A stretch of 64,000 nucleotides of DNA from Lama guanicoe (GCA_013239625.1 MU056029.1:1240001-1304000), one strand, 5' to 3'. Positions 41,311 through 54,158 are shown, counted from the stretch's first letter. Numbers and translations are program-made. The notes: generated from the sequence alone by a model not told the origin.

Positions 41311-43136
41311 AGGATCACCTGAAGCCCCCCCCCACCCCTGACTCTGCTCCCACAGACTGAGTCCCGTCTTCCCCACACCAGGGCCACACACTGTTGGAAC
41401 AGAGGCATGGACCAGCACCGGAGGGACACTGCCAGTCAGAAGCCTTCTCCTCCGTGCGCCTACGGAACCACTTCTTCATATGCTGGTTTTCACATTTATA
41501 GCTTTGTACTCAGCAGTACAGCTTTATGTACACGCTCTTTCTGTGCTAAAAATGTGCTTCTTAAGGAAATTCTGGGTTTACTGAGCTCATCTTGATTTTA
41601 TTCTCTGGAACATATTCGATTCATTTAATTTTTCTGCCCCACTATTGCTTTATTTAACCAATCACTTGAGTTTACTAACAATCAGATAAAGTACCACTAT
41701 TTTCCTTTATGTCCTGAATGTCCTTCTCGCAGGCTATGGTTTTTAAAGCCCCGATTATCTTAATTCTAATAAGTAAATCTAAAAAAAAATCTTCCTTCGC
41801 CATACCCATTTCATAGTCTCTAATCATAGTCCTTTTCCACAGTTCTATGCTTGAAGATGTCCACACATATACAGATTTTATATATTACACACACCTGCGT
41901 GCTAGAATTAAATATTTCACCTTTCAAAGTCATGCTTGATGTACAGATTTTAGTGACGTGGGAAATACTCCTGCTGTAATATTAGGTAAACAAGAGATTG
42001 AATTTTAGATACCAAGCACAAAAAGAAAGCATATATACCTGTGAAAAAGATCTGGATAAAAGATGCCGGGTGAAATGATAAATGAAGTGATATGTATTTA
42101 TAATTGTCTTCTTTACAGCTTTTCTGTATTTTCCATATTCTTCTATGAACATGTGTGGCATGTAATTTTAAGTATCATCTCCCTGCCTGAATATGAGACT
42201 TTTGTGGTATATTCTTGTCCATGTGCACTCACAGCCTCTGGAAACTGCTCCATTTTGGGGAGAGCCCCCTCCCCCCAGCAGAGATGGCGGAGGATTCCCT
42301 CTCCCTGACGGGCACATCTTCCTCCCGAGGACACGTTTTAGTTCGGTTCAGAGAATGCATGCGCTGACTACTCCGCCCACAGTCATCAAGGGTGAATTGC
42401 GTGCCCAACTGAATAACGAAAGGTTAATCTATCCTAAAAGAGGGAAATGGTAAAGGCAAAATGATCGTCCTCACATTCTGACTCTCACTCCAGGCACAGG
42501 CAAGACCCAGCCGTAACCCAGCAAGGCGGGCACGACAGTGCTGGCGCAACGCTGAATTGCTGTTGTCTAAGGCTGGAGTTGTAACGTCTGCTTCAAGTTG
42601 ACCATTGTGCGCTTTGATTTCACTTTTTGTAATTACATTTCATTTTAAATAACAGAATTACAAACGAAGAGGCGGAAAGCTAGCTCGTGAAAGAAAGTTA
42701 GATTTACTGCCTAATTAGTGAAGTCTGTAGGCAAGGAAAAGGCCCACAGCGTGGCGACTCTGGGAGTGTAGACGGCGCCCAGGGTCACAGAGCCCGTGGG
42801 GGACGTGCCGTTAGTGGCTCTGAATTCTCGTCCAGCCTCTCAGCATCCACGCGTCACTTTCTCCCCTTGTCTGCTTGGGGGGGGGTGATAGAGGCACATC
42901 TCATGGAGCTACTCTGATCCGGTGTGTCAATGCAGGTGAAGCACGTGACACAGCGCCCGGCATAGACACGCAGCTCTCGGGACCCGCGCTGTTTTGGTCA
43001 CTGGTGACAGTGGTAGTGGATGGTGGTGTTTTATTATTCGGAAGACCAGGCTCGGATTAAAAACAGGAGGACTGCTTCCGTAACACAATTTCACCTCCCG
43101 CTCTGTGACGTCAGCCCGGTGCACAGTGATTACAGC

Positions 43137-43155
43137 NNNNNNNNNNNNNNNNNNN
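43137..43155. other. Assembly gap (19 N) with locally duplicated and shuffled flanks
   Basis: 43101-43136 recurs at 43284-43319; 43156-43275 recurs at 43411-43535, the latter with an extra gaggg. Confidence 0.95.
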
Positions 43156-43757
43156 CAGCCTTGTTAAGTTTTTTAGATTACTCTGAGCAAGGGATGGGAG
43201 AGAAAGAATAAATTATCTTTAAAGCCATCTCAAATTGCTTTACAAGCAGTAATGTATGTACAGACACACAGCAGCGCAGCCAACTCTGTGACGTCAGCCC
43301 GGTGCACAGTGATTACAGCCAGCTTCTGTTTAAAATGCGGACTGTGCGTTTACTCCGCATTTACTTTTTTTTTTGAGCTTATAAACTATTTTAGAAAATA
43401 CATATATTTTCAGCCTTGTTGAGGGAAGTTTTTTAGATTACTCTGAGCAAGGGATGGGAGAGAAAGAATAAATTATCTTTAAAGCCATCTCAAATTGCTT
43501 TACAAGCAGTAATGTATGTACAGACACACAGCAGCCACAGAATCCGAGCAGACTTGATTTAAGCCATATTTCTAAATGATGTTCGTCTACAATGCAATCC
43601 TGTGTGATTTGGTGGGACAGTTTTAAACGATCTCATAAAAGGTAGTAAATTCAAACACTGAGTGGCGTATTTAATACGGCTTTCGAGAATAGAGGGCGTG
43701 TCCAGTAAGTAGCCAGATCCGTGAGTCCTTGAAAGGTGTCCCTCTCTTGTTTTGCAG

Positions 43758-43840
43758 CTTGACCATCTCTGCAGAGTGCCCGATGCAGCTTGAAGACTTC
43801 CCGATGGACGCCCACGCCTGCCCCCTGAAATTTGGCAGCT
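43758..43840 (+). CDS. GABRA5: GABRA5 coding exon, 83 bp, Cys-loop ([27 protein letters not shown])
   Basis: Acceptor ctctcttgttttgcAG, donor T|gtaagt; C-x13-C signature; CG+C completes Arg across a 33-kb intron. Confidence 0.98.
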
Positions 43841-44249
43841 GTAAGTTATTTTCGCAAGTAAAAACTGTGGATCTACTTTGGGGGTTGCTTCTGCATACAT
43901 TCAGGGGCATTTAGGTTCTCAGATGTGAATGAGCAGGATGTGAGCTGGACGATGCCCTGGACGGCTGGGGCCTGCCATGGGCACACACGCGTTCGTCCTC
44001 ACAGACTGGAGTCCTTGTGTGTAACTGGGATGCCAGTGGAGGCCCTGCCACCTACAGTGTGTTCCTGGGGACGCGTTCCCCCGCCCCCAGACCTTCCCCC
44101 GGCCACTTCTCTCTTGCTTCCTCTTCCCAGATTGCGGGTCACTTCTCCGAGGGCCCTTAATGACCCAATTTCCATTACCCAGCCGGTAACTTTTTACTGC
44201 CTGGTGGTCATTGCTGTGTTGAATCACTTCTCAGGTGTTCCGAACAGAC

Positions 44250-46730
44250 TAGTTTATTTATAGGAGTGTTATTTAATTTTTAAACAGTTTGGAGGTATTC
44301 CTGTGATTTTCTGTTACTGATTTCCAGTTTAATTCCACTGTAGTCAGAGGACACCCTCTGTATGATTTCAATTTTTCTTACTTTTTTTGAGATTTATTTC
44401 ATGACCCAGAATATGATTCATGCTGATAATCTGTTCTGAAATCCGAACACTTGAAGATTATGTGTGTTTTGTGGTTGCTTGGTGGAATAATCTGCAAGGG
44501 TTAATTCAAGCCCATTAATTATGCTGTTGTGATATTGCTTGCTGATTTTCTGTCTACAACAATTGTTGAGAAAGAGGTGTTGACGTCTCCAGCTGTAATT
44601 GTGGATTTGTCTATTTCTACTTTCAATTCCATCCGTTTTTTTTAAATTTTACTGAGTTATAGTTAGTTTACAATGCTGTGTCAATTTCCAGTGTAGAGCA
44701 CAATGTTTCATATATGAATGTACATATACTCATTGTCACATTCTTTTTCACCTTGAGCTACCACAAGATCTTGTATATATTTCCCTGTGCTATACAGTAT
44801 AATCTTGTTTATCTATTCTATATATACCTGTCAGTATCTACAAATTTTGAACGTCCCTTCCCACCCCTCTCCCCCTAGCAATCACAAATTTGTATTCTAT
44901 GTCTGTGAGTCTGTTTCTGTTTTATATTTAAGTTCATTTGTCTTCTTCTTTTTTTTTCTTTTTAGATTTCACATATGAGTGATCTCATATGGTATTTTTC
45001 TTTCTCTTTCTGGCTTACTTCACTTAGAATGACCATCTCCAGATCCATCCATGTTGCTGCAGATGGCATTATTGTATTCTTTTTTATGGCTGAGTAGTAT
45101 TCCACCGTATAAATATATCACAACTTCTTTATCCAGTCATCTGTCGATGGACACCCACCAGTTTTTGTTTCCCGTATTTCTCAGCTGTGTTTTGGTGCAC
45201 AGACGTTCAGGATGATCACTTCTGGGTGGAATAACCCTCTATCGCTGCATAACATCCCCCTCTGTCTCTGGTAACTTTCTCTACTTAGAAGCCCACGTTA
45301 GCTGATATCCTTATAGCCTCTCTAGTTTTCTTTTTTTCTGATTAATGTTTGAATGATACATGTATTTCCATATATTTACTCTAAGTATCTATATATCATT
45401 CCACTAAAATGAGTTTCTTGCAGATGGAGTGTAGTTGGGTCCTATTTTTTAATTCACTTTGCTAGTCTTTATCTTTCAATTGATGTGTTTTCATCATCTA
45501 CATTTTATGGACTGTTGCTATATTAGGGCTTAAGTCTGCCATTTTATTATTTTTGTTGTTGTTTTCTGTTCTCTGTGTTTTCCATTTCTCTGTTTTCTTT
45601 TTCCTGACTCCCTGTGGGATAGCTGAACATCTATTATGATTCCATTTTGATGTATTTATAGTATTTTTTGTGTACTTTTTTTGTATCTCTTTTTTACTTG
45701 TTGCTGTAAGCATTACTTTATATACACATAACTTAATACAGTTTACTGTTGTCTTTATTTTACCAGTTCAGATGAAGACTATCTCTTTATCCTCCCATAA
45801 GGATAATATAGTTGTCTTAAATATTTCCTCTGTATACGTCTAGAATCATGTCAGAGAGTGTTGGATTTTTTTGGACCATCAAACTTAATTTTGAAAACTC
45901 AAGAGAAAAAAAGAAATTCTATTATATTTACCTATATTTTTACCTCTAATGTTCTTTTATTTTATTCTCAGTGTCTCAAGATTTCTTCTTTTATAACTAA
46001 AAATTCTTTATAATGGAAAACAATAAACAATATAGTAAAATAAAATATTTTGTAATAAATGTCCATTTTATAACTGTTCAGCAAATTTCCTTTAGCTGTC
46101 CTTTTAGGATAGACTGCTGGCAATACATACTCTCAGTTTGTCTTCATCTGAAAATATCTTGATTTTTTTCCCTTCATACCTGAAGAATATTTTTAATGGA
46201 TATAGAATTCTGTTCTGACACCTCTTGGGGCACTTGAAACATGTGCTGCTTTATTCTTGCCTCCCTGGTTTCTGATGAAAAATCTGCTGTCATTCAAATC
46301 CTGTTTTCCTTAGAGGTGGGATGTCATTTCTTTCCTGTTGCTTTCAAGTTTTTTTCTTTGTCTTTAGTTTTCAGACATGTGACTGTGATGGGTATTGCTG
46401 TGGATTTCTTTGGGTTTGTCTGATTTGGGATTTCCTCCACTTCTTGAATCTGGAGGTTTTTGTCCAGTTTAGGAAGTCTGACCAGTTATTTCTTTGAATA
46501 CTTTTTCTCCCCCTTCCTCTTTCCCTTCTCCTTCCCCGACTCTAGTGACATGATTTTGTCTTTCGTTATATTCCCTCAAGTGCTCAGGCTCTTTTCAATT
46601 TCTTCTATTATCTCTGTTTTTCTGATAACTTAATTTTCATGGTTCTGTCTTTAATTTTGCTGATTTTTTTGTCCCTTCCATCTTGCTGATGAACTCATCC
46701 ATTGAGCTGTTTATTATATTATATTTTTCA
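44250..46730 (-). mobile_element. Old LINE-1 (endonuclease/ORF1 region), probably continuing at ~48870-49900
   Basis: ctgatttccagtttaattccactgtagtcagaggacacc...tgtatgatttcaattttt; tctccagctgtaattgtggatttgtctatttc; tctgatgaaaaatctgctgtcatt; T-rich antisense L1 composition. Confidence 0.75.
44641..45154 (-). mobile_element. Younger 5'-truncated L1 3' end nested in the older L1
   Basis: Closely similar to 29142-29657 and 51471-51964; degenerate TSD ccatccgttttt (44629-44640) / ccaccagttttt (45155-45166). Confidence 0.88.
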
Positions 46731-46734
46731 TTTC

Positions 46735-47058
46735 TGTGTGGTTAACTTTACGTGTCATCTTGACTGAGTCACGGGATGCCCAGATATTTGGTCAAACATG
46801 ATGCTGGGGGTGTCTGTGAAGGTGTCTTGGATATGATGAACATTTACATTGGGCGACTGCATAAAGCAGATGGCCCTCCCTAATGTGTGGGCCTCATCCA
46901 ATCAGCTGAAGTCCTGAATAGAACAAAAGGACTGACCTTGCCACCATCAGAGGAAACTCATCCTGCCCCACTGCCTTGAGCAGGAATGTCGGTCTTTTCT
47001 TTTTCTCCTCCTCCTTTTTTTTTTTTTTTTATTTGGAGGGGGTGGGAGGTAATGAGAG

Positions 47059-47091
<33 letters not shown>

Positions 47092-47335
47092 TAGAGGGGA
47101 TTGAACTGGGGATTGAACCCAGGACCTCGTGCATACTGAGCACACACTCTACCACTGAGCTACACCTTCCCCCCAGGATGCAGCTCTTCTTGGGTCTCAG
47201 GCCTAACAATTCTCAGACTGGACCCGTCTCCTGAGTCTTCAGCTTGCTGACTGCAGCTCTTGGGATCTCTTAGCTTCCATTACCCTTGTGTGAGGCAATG
47301 CCGTATAATTAATCTCACATATATACATGAGATAT
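46735..47335 (+). mobile_element. MLT2 (ERVL) LTR interrupted by a SINE
   Basis: tgtggttaactttacgtgtcatcttgactgagtcacgggatgcccagatatttggtcaaacat...aaagcagatggccctccctaatgtg...ggcctcatccaatcagctgaag...gaatagaacaaaagg. Confidence 0.85.
47011..47133 (-). mobile_element. Vic-1-like SINE with (TTTA)n tail and an internal ggggattgaac duplication
   Basis: ggggattgaactggggattgaacccaggacctcgtgcatactgagcacacactctaccactgagctacacc. Confidence 0.85.
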
Positions 47336-47340
47336 ATGAA

Positions 47341-47358
47341 TGTGTGTGTGTGTTTGTA

Positions 47359-47420
<62 letters not shown>
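47341..47420. repeat. Compound microsatellite: imperfect (TG)n then perfect (TA)20
   Basis: TG run 47341-47380 with two interruptions; TA run 47381-47420. Confidence 0.97.
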
Positions 47421-47424
<4 letters not shown>

Positions 47425-47429
47425 GTAAA

Positions 47430-48600
47430 AGCCAAGATTGCCATGAAGCAACTATTGTCTGAAACATGGATGTTAAAGGTGATACTGATAAGGGCTTAGA
47501 AAGAAGAAAGGGGGCCAGAGGGCAAACGTTCATCTCCTTAGAAAATACACAAATAATCATGAGCCGAATGCTGGCTGAAATATGGATGTTAAAGGTCTTC
47601 TGATGGGGTCTCAGACAGAAATGACGGACAGGCTGTTGGAAATTGGGGGAAAGATGCTCTTTGTTTTGATTTAGCCAAAGAACTTGGCTAAGGTGTGTTC
47701 CAGTGTTTGGTGGGAGGCAGACCTTGTGAGCAATGAAACTGGATGTTTAGTTGAGGCGATTTCTAAGCAAAGTGATGGAGGAGGGGCTTGGTTCCTCTTG
47801 ACTGCTTATAGTAAAACGTGAGCGACATGAGATGAATTAAAGAAGAAATTGTTAAGAAAAAACAAAAAAACAGATGGGAAAGATTTGGAAAATTCTCATA
47901 TTGCAAAAAATAAAAGGGGGAGGAGAGTTTGTTCAGGAAAGAACATCAAGTTGAAAAGGTTACCCGTGGTGTTATCGGCTATCTCAACAGAAGCCAGGAA
48001 GAATGATTCCAAAGGCAATGCAGAGATGATGGGGCTGCCAGTCGCCAAGCAGGTGCAGAGTCCACGGGCTCAGGGAGCCAGCCTCCCTCCACTGCCACCT
48101 GGCAGAGCCATGAGTGCCGCAGCCTGCAGGGCAGTGAGCGGGATGCTGCTGCCCCCCTGGGGCTGAAGGGCAGTGCATTGAACCAAAGAGGATTCTTCTT
48201 GAGCTTTAAGATCTAACGGGGTTTGAGGAGGAGGGCATAGCTCAGTGGTAGAGTGCATGCTTAGCACGCATGAGGTCTTGGGTTCAACCCCCAGTACCTT
48301 CATTAAATAAACAAATTAATTAATTAATTGACTGATTAACTTAATTTCTTCTCCCCTCAAAAGAAAGATCTCACGGGTTTGCTTTGCTGGGTTTTTGTCT
48401 TGCCTGGGGTTTGTCACCCTTTTCCCCCTTTTGGAACAGGAGTGTCTGTCCTACGCCCAGCCCACCCTTGTATTTTGGGAGCAAATAGCTTGTCCCACAG
48501 GCTTACAGCTAGAGAGGAATTTTGCCTCAGGATGAACTGAGCGGCACCCGTATCTGATGTGGGTGACATTTAGGTGAGACATTGCACCTTCGACATTAGA
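47430..48600 (+). mobile_element. MaLR internal-region (MLT-int-like) fragment
   Basis: atggatgttaaaggt...tctcagacagaaatga...aagaacttggctaaggtgtgttc...atttctaagcaaagtg...ggttcctcttgactgcttatagtaaaa; resembles the reverse complement of the internal region at ~36400-38280. Confidence 0.65.
48226..48364 (+). mobile_element. Vic-1-like SINE
   Basis: gagggcatagctcagtggtagagtgcatgcttagcacgcatgaggtcttgggttcaacccccagtacc (A and B boxes) plus AT-rich tail; degenerate TSD aagatctaacggggtttg / aagatctcacgggtttg. Confidence 0.9.
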
Positions 48601-50597
48601 GCGGAATCTCCATTCATCCTCCTCTGATGCAACGCCAGCAAGGAGCAGGAGGGAGCTGTGCTGCTGGACTCAGCTGGACCTCCAGCCTCCCCACGGGGCA
48701 TCTAGGACGCCTGGGAGAGCGGGCGTCACGGCCGCCGTCTTGCAGGGATGGGGTCCTGCTTCCTCCTGTGCCTGAGCTTCCCTGATGCCGCTCCAGCAGC
48801 AGGCGGGGGCCCTGGACGGGGTGAGACCTAGTGCTGCACGTGCTTTGCTGGCCCAGGCTGGGGCGGGGCCGCACTTTTCCCGGTGGTATTTGCCTGGAGT
48901 TGTGTGATCATTTTCTGCCTTGACAGCCTGACCCTTTCCTGCTCCTTTGGGCACAGAGAACAGGCTTCGTTTGTTGTCCTTGCCCTTTTACGTCTATGCC
49001 CCTCGGCATTTCCAGGCGCCAGCCTCTCTTGGTTCCAAGTCTGGAATGTAAAAGGCAAGAAGAAAACCAAAGACCTCACCACCGTGTCACCCTTGGGTCC
49101 CCAGGCCTTGTCTGCCTTGTTCTTTCTGCCTTCCCTGTGTTCGCGTTACATACAATATCCAGGGTTTCTCGTTGTGCTTCGCAGGAAGAACAGGAGAAGG
49201 CACATCTCCGTTTTCCTAGAAGCAGACGTCCCCCAGATGGGTCTCTATTGTGTTGTGTGTACTTTCCTGGCTTTGCTGAGCCTCCTGGGTCTCTCGATTT
49301 ATGTCTTCCACCAAATTCGAGGCATTTTGACCATGACTCTTTCTAACAATTTTCTGGCTCATCTTCCCTCTTCCCTCTGGAGCTCTAATTGGAGGTGTTG
49401 TAACTTTGCATGTAACACATCAGGTCTTCAGGACTTCTGCTTTGTGAAAAACTGGTTTTCCCTGTTTGTTCTCTATACGGCTAATTCCGTTGCTCTGTCT
49501 TCAAGGTCACTGGCTCTCCTGTCATTTCCAACCTGCTGTTAAGCTCATACAGTAAACGTTTTCATTCAGCATATTTGTCAGGTTTAGAATTTGTATTTGG
49601 TTCTTTTAAATAGTTTCAAAACCTCCGCTAAGATTTGCTCTTAGTTTTTTTCATCACAACCATTTTTCACTGCAAAACATTACATTTTTCCCCCTTTGCG
49701 TCTTTAAGTGTAGCCGTAATGTCTGCTCTAAAATCCTTCTGGGCCAAATCCAACGTCTGAATCTTCCTGGGGGTCATTCTGATGGATTGCGGTTTCTCTT
49801 GGCTGTGGCTCATGTTTTCCTGATTCTTTTGCATTTAATAATGTTGAGTTGTTTCTGGGATATTTCAGTCAGGGTTATATTGCAGAGACTATTAGATTTA
49901 GAATGTTTGGGGGGCCGGGGCAAGGGGGTGTTGCTAGTTACCCTGACTGAGTTCAAATTCCAAACTCTGTCCTTTCCGTGGTGGGCAAGCGCTGACATGT
50001 CCCGTGGGTCTTTACTTAGCTGGGCTGGTAGGATACGTTCCGTTATGTGTGTGTGATTGTGCGGTGAGTGAGATGTCTGGGCGGAGTTTGCACACATCTG
50101 TCTCCATCAGTTTGGGGCTCCCTCTCTGTGGCTCTTCCCTTTCTAGGATTTTGTACCCCACATTCCAGCCGCACTGCTTTGATAGCTCCAGACTCTTCCT
50201 CTGGACTCTTCAAGCCAGTAAGACGAAGGGAGCCCTCTGATCCGTGGCCGCCTCACGGCTCTGACTCACAGCTTTTCAAGAGAAAATCCATTCCCTTTGT
50301 CCAAGTCCCAGATCCTCTCCAGGGCCTCCAAGGAATCATTTTTTATGTGGTTATTTTCTTTACGTGGTTCTATGTGGTGCCCAAAGTTGTTACCTACTAA
50401 CAGCCACTCTGTGTTCCTGCCAGGGAACTTCTTTTGATTCCAGAGATTTCCTTTTATTTCACTTCCATCAGTCCAAAGGTATTTTGGAGTTTAAGAGAAG
50501 TAACTGTGTGTGATGAGCCAAAAGTTAGGTTGGATGGGAATAATTCATTTTTTTTCAAATGAAGATTTTCAAATGCCATAGAGAGATAAAATTTACA

Positions 50598-50720
50598 GGA
50601 GGAGGGCATAGCTCAGTGGTAAAGCGTGTGTTTAGCAAGCATGAGGTCCAGGGTTCAACACCCAGTACCTCCATTAAAATAGATACATAAATAAATACAA
50701 CCCTAATCACCCCCCTCAAA
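50598..50720 (+). mobile_element. Vic-1-like SINE followed by a short L1-like A-rich 3' end (to ~50802)
   Basis: ggagggcatagctcagtggtaaagcgtgtgtttagcaagcatgaggtccagggttcaacacccagtacctcc...ccctaatcacccccc. Confidence 0.88.
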
Positions 50721-51470
50721 ATGTATACAGTACTGTATGTCACCGTATCTCAATAAAAGTGGAAGAAAAAATTTTTAAATAAAATAAAAATTATAAAAAA
50801 AAGTATTTGGGCAAAGTGGTATAATGGGAAGGAACTCTCACTAAGATTTGTTTAAATCACTTGCTGCCATGAGGTGGCTGTGCACATCGGTTGTTGGGAC
50901 AAAACCTTCAAAAGACCCCCCCCAATACCGTATTTGGGAATCACCTGTTCATGTCCCTGAAGGAAAGTGAATCGCTCGTGTCCCTAAGAGGAAAATGAGT
51001 CATAGACCTCAAAACCGTGCTGCACTTTGGACATGAAAATTATGCTCTTCATTTGATGAAGGGTAAAAATACTAAAAGGCAAAGGTTGTGATTTTTTTCA
51101 TCATTATTTAAATAAATTTAAGTGAGTGTGATGCTCGGATTTAATGGCCATGTTGTGCAGGGCAGGCAACACGAAAACAGTTTTTGGTGAAGGAAACGTG
51201 TGAGCTTTTAACCCTTCTTCGTATTATCCAACACGCAACAACCCACCAACCGCACTTAAATCGCTCATCACGCTTGTAGCTCAAATGCGCATCTCACAGG
51301 ACCTCTTCATTTCTACATTCAGCCAAACAAAGCAAGATCAAGTTACATAATACATACATTAATTCATTTCTCGAACTTAGTAGAAAGCCAAAACCAGTAC
51401 CAACATTTCTCGAACTCGGTGGAGATTTGGAGCTCTCATGCCAGGCTTCTTTTCATCTGCCTGATTTTTG

Positions 51471-51964
51471 TTTTTGTTTTTGTTTTTTTAACATTTTTTA
51501 TTGATTTATAATCATTTTACAATGTGTCAAATTCCATTGTTCAGCACAATTTTTCAGTCATTCATGGACATATATACACTCATTGTCACATTTTTTTCTC
51601 TGTGAGTTATCATAACATTTTGTGTATATTTCCCTGCGCTATACAGTGTAATCCTGTTTATCTATTCTACAATTTTGAAATCCCAGTCTATCCCTTCCCA
51701 CCCTCTCCCCTCCCCCGGTAACCACAAGTCTGTATTCTCTGTCCATGAGTCTATTTCTGTCCTGTATTTATGCTTTGTTTTTGTTTGTTTGTTTGTTTTT
51801 GTTTTTTAGATTCCACATATGAGCGATCTCATATGGTATTTTTCTTTCTCTTTCTGGCTTACTTCACTTAGAATGACATTCTCTAGGAGCATCCATGTTG
51901 CTGCAAATGGCGTTATGTTGTCGGTTTTTATGGCTGAGTAGTATTCCATTGTATAACTATACCA
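51471..51964 (-). mobile_element. Young 5'-truncated L1 3' end
   Basis: (TTTTTG)n tail, ttttaacattttttattgatttataatc...; TSD catctgcctg(a/g)tttttg at 51454-51470 and 51965-51981. Confidence 0.9.
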
Positions 51965-53705
51965 CATCTGCCTGGTTTTTGAAGATGGGCTGAGGTAGAC
52001 GCTGATCCTTTATTTATATTTGCTGTAACTGCCATTTCTGTTGCACACGAAGCAGTCAAAACAGCTCTCCACCTGTAACACACTTGTACGCAGTGGACCA
52101 AGAGCCAGAAAACTGCACAGACTTCACCTCTCCTCAGCGTACAGGGTTTCCGCTCAGGACTTGGTCATTTTGAGAGAAGACAGGCTATTCGATTCAGTGT
52201 TTTTCTTGCTTGTCTTTCGTCTTCCAGGTTTACTAAAAATAGCGGCTCGGCCAAGTAGCTCACGCACACCACCAGCATCAGAGCCCGCAGAGGCTAAATG
52301 TGATCGGATAATGAGTTTCAAATTACCCAATCCAGGCGTCTCTGCTATTAGCAGACAAAGCCATGCAAATAGGTGTCATTATTCTAACGAGCCACATGCT
52401 CCGGCTTCTCTAGCACGGAGCGGAATGAACAGACGTCTCCTTATTGCTGCCTCCCCTCTCAAGAATCCAAACAATGGTTGAAATTAACCCCGGTTTATAC
52501 AGAGATGTGTCCTAGTTCATAAGGAAGTTCCTTGAAGACAATGGTGTGGCTTATGTTTGGAGTGAGCGCTTAAACAAACCAAGACTACTTAGAAAAGAAA
52601 AAGAAAAAAATGTTTTGTTCATTTTATTTGTTAAATGATGCCTTAAATATTAGATCAAGTCATAAGAAAACCCTTGAATTCCTGGAAGTATATTCTAAAT
52701 TAGACACGATCACCTGTTTGGTGGACACCCAGTAGGGAGAATTTCAAGAAGTCAGGGGTAAATGGGGAAGTGAGCTGTCATGGCTGTGGAATCGCGGCTG
52801 TGCCACTGCGTCAGCCACGTCCTGTGGGTGATCCAAAACGCAGGTTTCCCGGTGCGCCTGTGTTACAGTCTGTGAGGCCTTAGAAACACGTTGAACTTTT
52901 GTGTGTGTCCCGTGTTAGTTAACCGTGATGCCTGTTTGGCAGATATGATGGGTGCATTCCACACTCAGCACTCTGTGAGGTGCTGTGGGAAATGGGCACT
53001 AATGGTGCTCTGGGGCACGTTAGCTAAGCAGGCTAAACACCTTTGTGAAACTGAAGGCCATCTGAAATTCACAGAAGGGGAAGCGCATCCTGGGGGTCGT
53101 ATTTTGAACGGAGCCTGGAAGGATTTGAGTGGAAGAAGGCTTAATGGAAATAAGGAAAAAGCACAAATGCCAGGTGATTAGTTAGTGGAGGCATTGAACC
53201 TTGTTCTTTGGGGAACAGCGTTACAGCCCAAATAGGAAAGGCCTTAAGCTGTAGAGCATTAAAGGAGCAGGCAGAGCAGTGATGTTTTGGAGTAAAGGGA
53301 GGGAGTGCTGAAATCACTATTGTGGAAGCAAAATCGAGAGCTTGGAATTGCCCTGAAGCAGTAGGGCCCAGAGCAGGTGGTGGACATTGTGACAAGTGGA
53401 TTATAACACAGGTTCGTGATTTTGAGACCAGGTGACTTAGAAAATAGTATTTTCTACAAGAAACTGGAAGTAATTGGGAGGAGTTGCTGGATTTGAATGT
53501 AAAAAAAGAGAGAAAAGAGCTAATGGGTTTAGGAGGGGGCGGGAAAGTACCTGAGGGATTTCCTCCTAACACTCTGGCGTTCTGATCTGCTCGCCTCTCT
53601 TCTTCACAGGGGAAGCAGCTTTTCTGCGGGAGAGTGACAGTCCTTTGTCCTTCTTTCCTGATTTGTTCCCATTTAAGTCTATAAACTCAGAGAGCACTGT
53701 CTCTC

Positions 53706-54158
53706 TTTTTTTTAATTATTATTATTGAAGCATAGTCAGTTTGCAAGTGAGTTTTTTTAATTGCAGTACAGTCAGTACAGTTAGATGCTGTGTCAGCTCC
53801 AGGTGTACAGCACAGTGTCCCAGTCATGCATACACAGACGTATATTCATTTTCATGTTCTTTTTCATTATAGGTGACTACAAGATACTGAATATAGTTCC
53901 CGTGTGCTAAACAGAAGAAACTTGTAGTTTATCTATTTTATATACAGTAGTTAGTATCTGTAAATCTCAAACTCCCAGATTTATCCTTTCCTACTCGTTT
54001 ACCTCCCCCACCATGGCCATAAGTTTGTTTTCTGTGTCTGTTAGTCTGTTTCTGTTTTCTAGATAAGTTCATTAGTCTCCTTTTTCTTTTTTGAGATTCC
54101 ACTTATGAGTTATACCATGTGGTATTTTTCTTTGTCTTCCTGGTTTACTTCACTTAGA
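53706..54158 (-). mobile_element. L1 3' end with a doubled 3' terminus
   Basis: ttattgaagcatagtcagtttgcaa (short terminus) then tttttttaattgcagtacagtcag...ttacttcacttaga. Confidence 0.85.

Noticed and set aside
43106..43113. CRE palindrome TGACGTCA (also ~26705 and ~43289)
   Set aside because: An isolated 8-mer is not evidence of function, and the 43289 copy is probably an assembly duplicate.
47239..47560. ORFs with IYIYIY / CVCVCV / HTHT runs
   Set aside because: Translations of the dinucleotide microsatellite.
48231..48300. tRNA-like sequence (also at ~50601, ~54885 and three minus-strand copies)
   Set aside because: These have AT-rich SINE tails, TSDs and copy-specific decay; they are SINE heads, not tRNA genes.
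48883..49542. Longest ORF in the track (219 aa, + strand)
   Set aside because: Non-ATG start, Leu/Phe/Ser-rich, no recognisable domain, and it lies on the T-rich antisense strand of old L1-like sequence.
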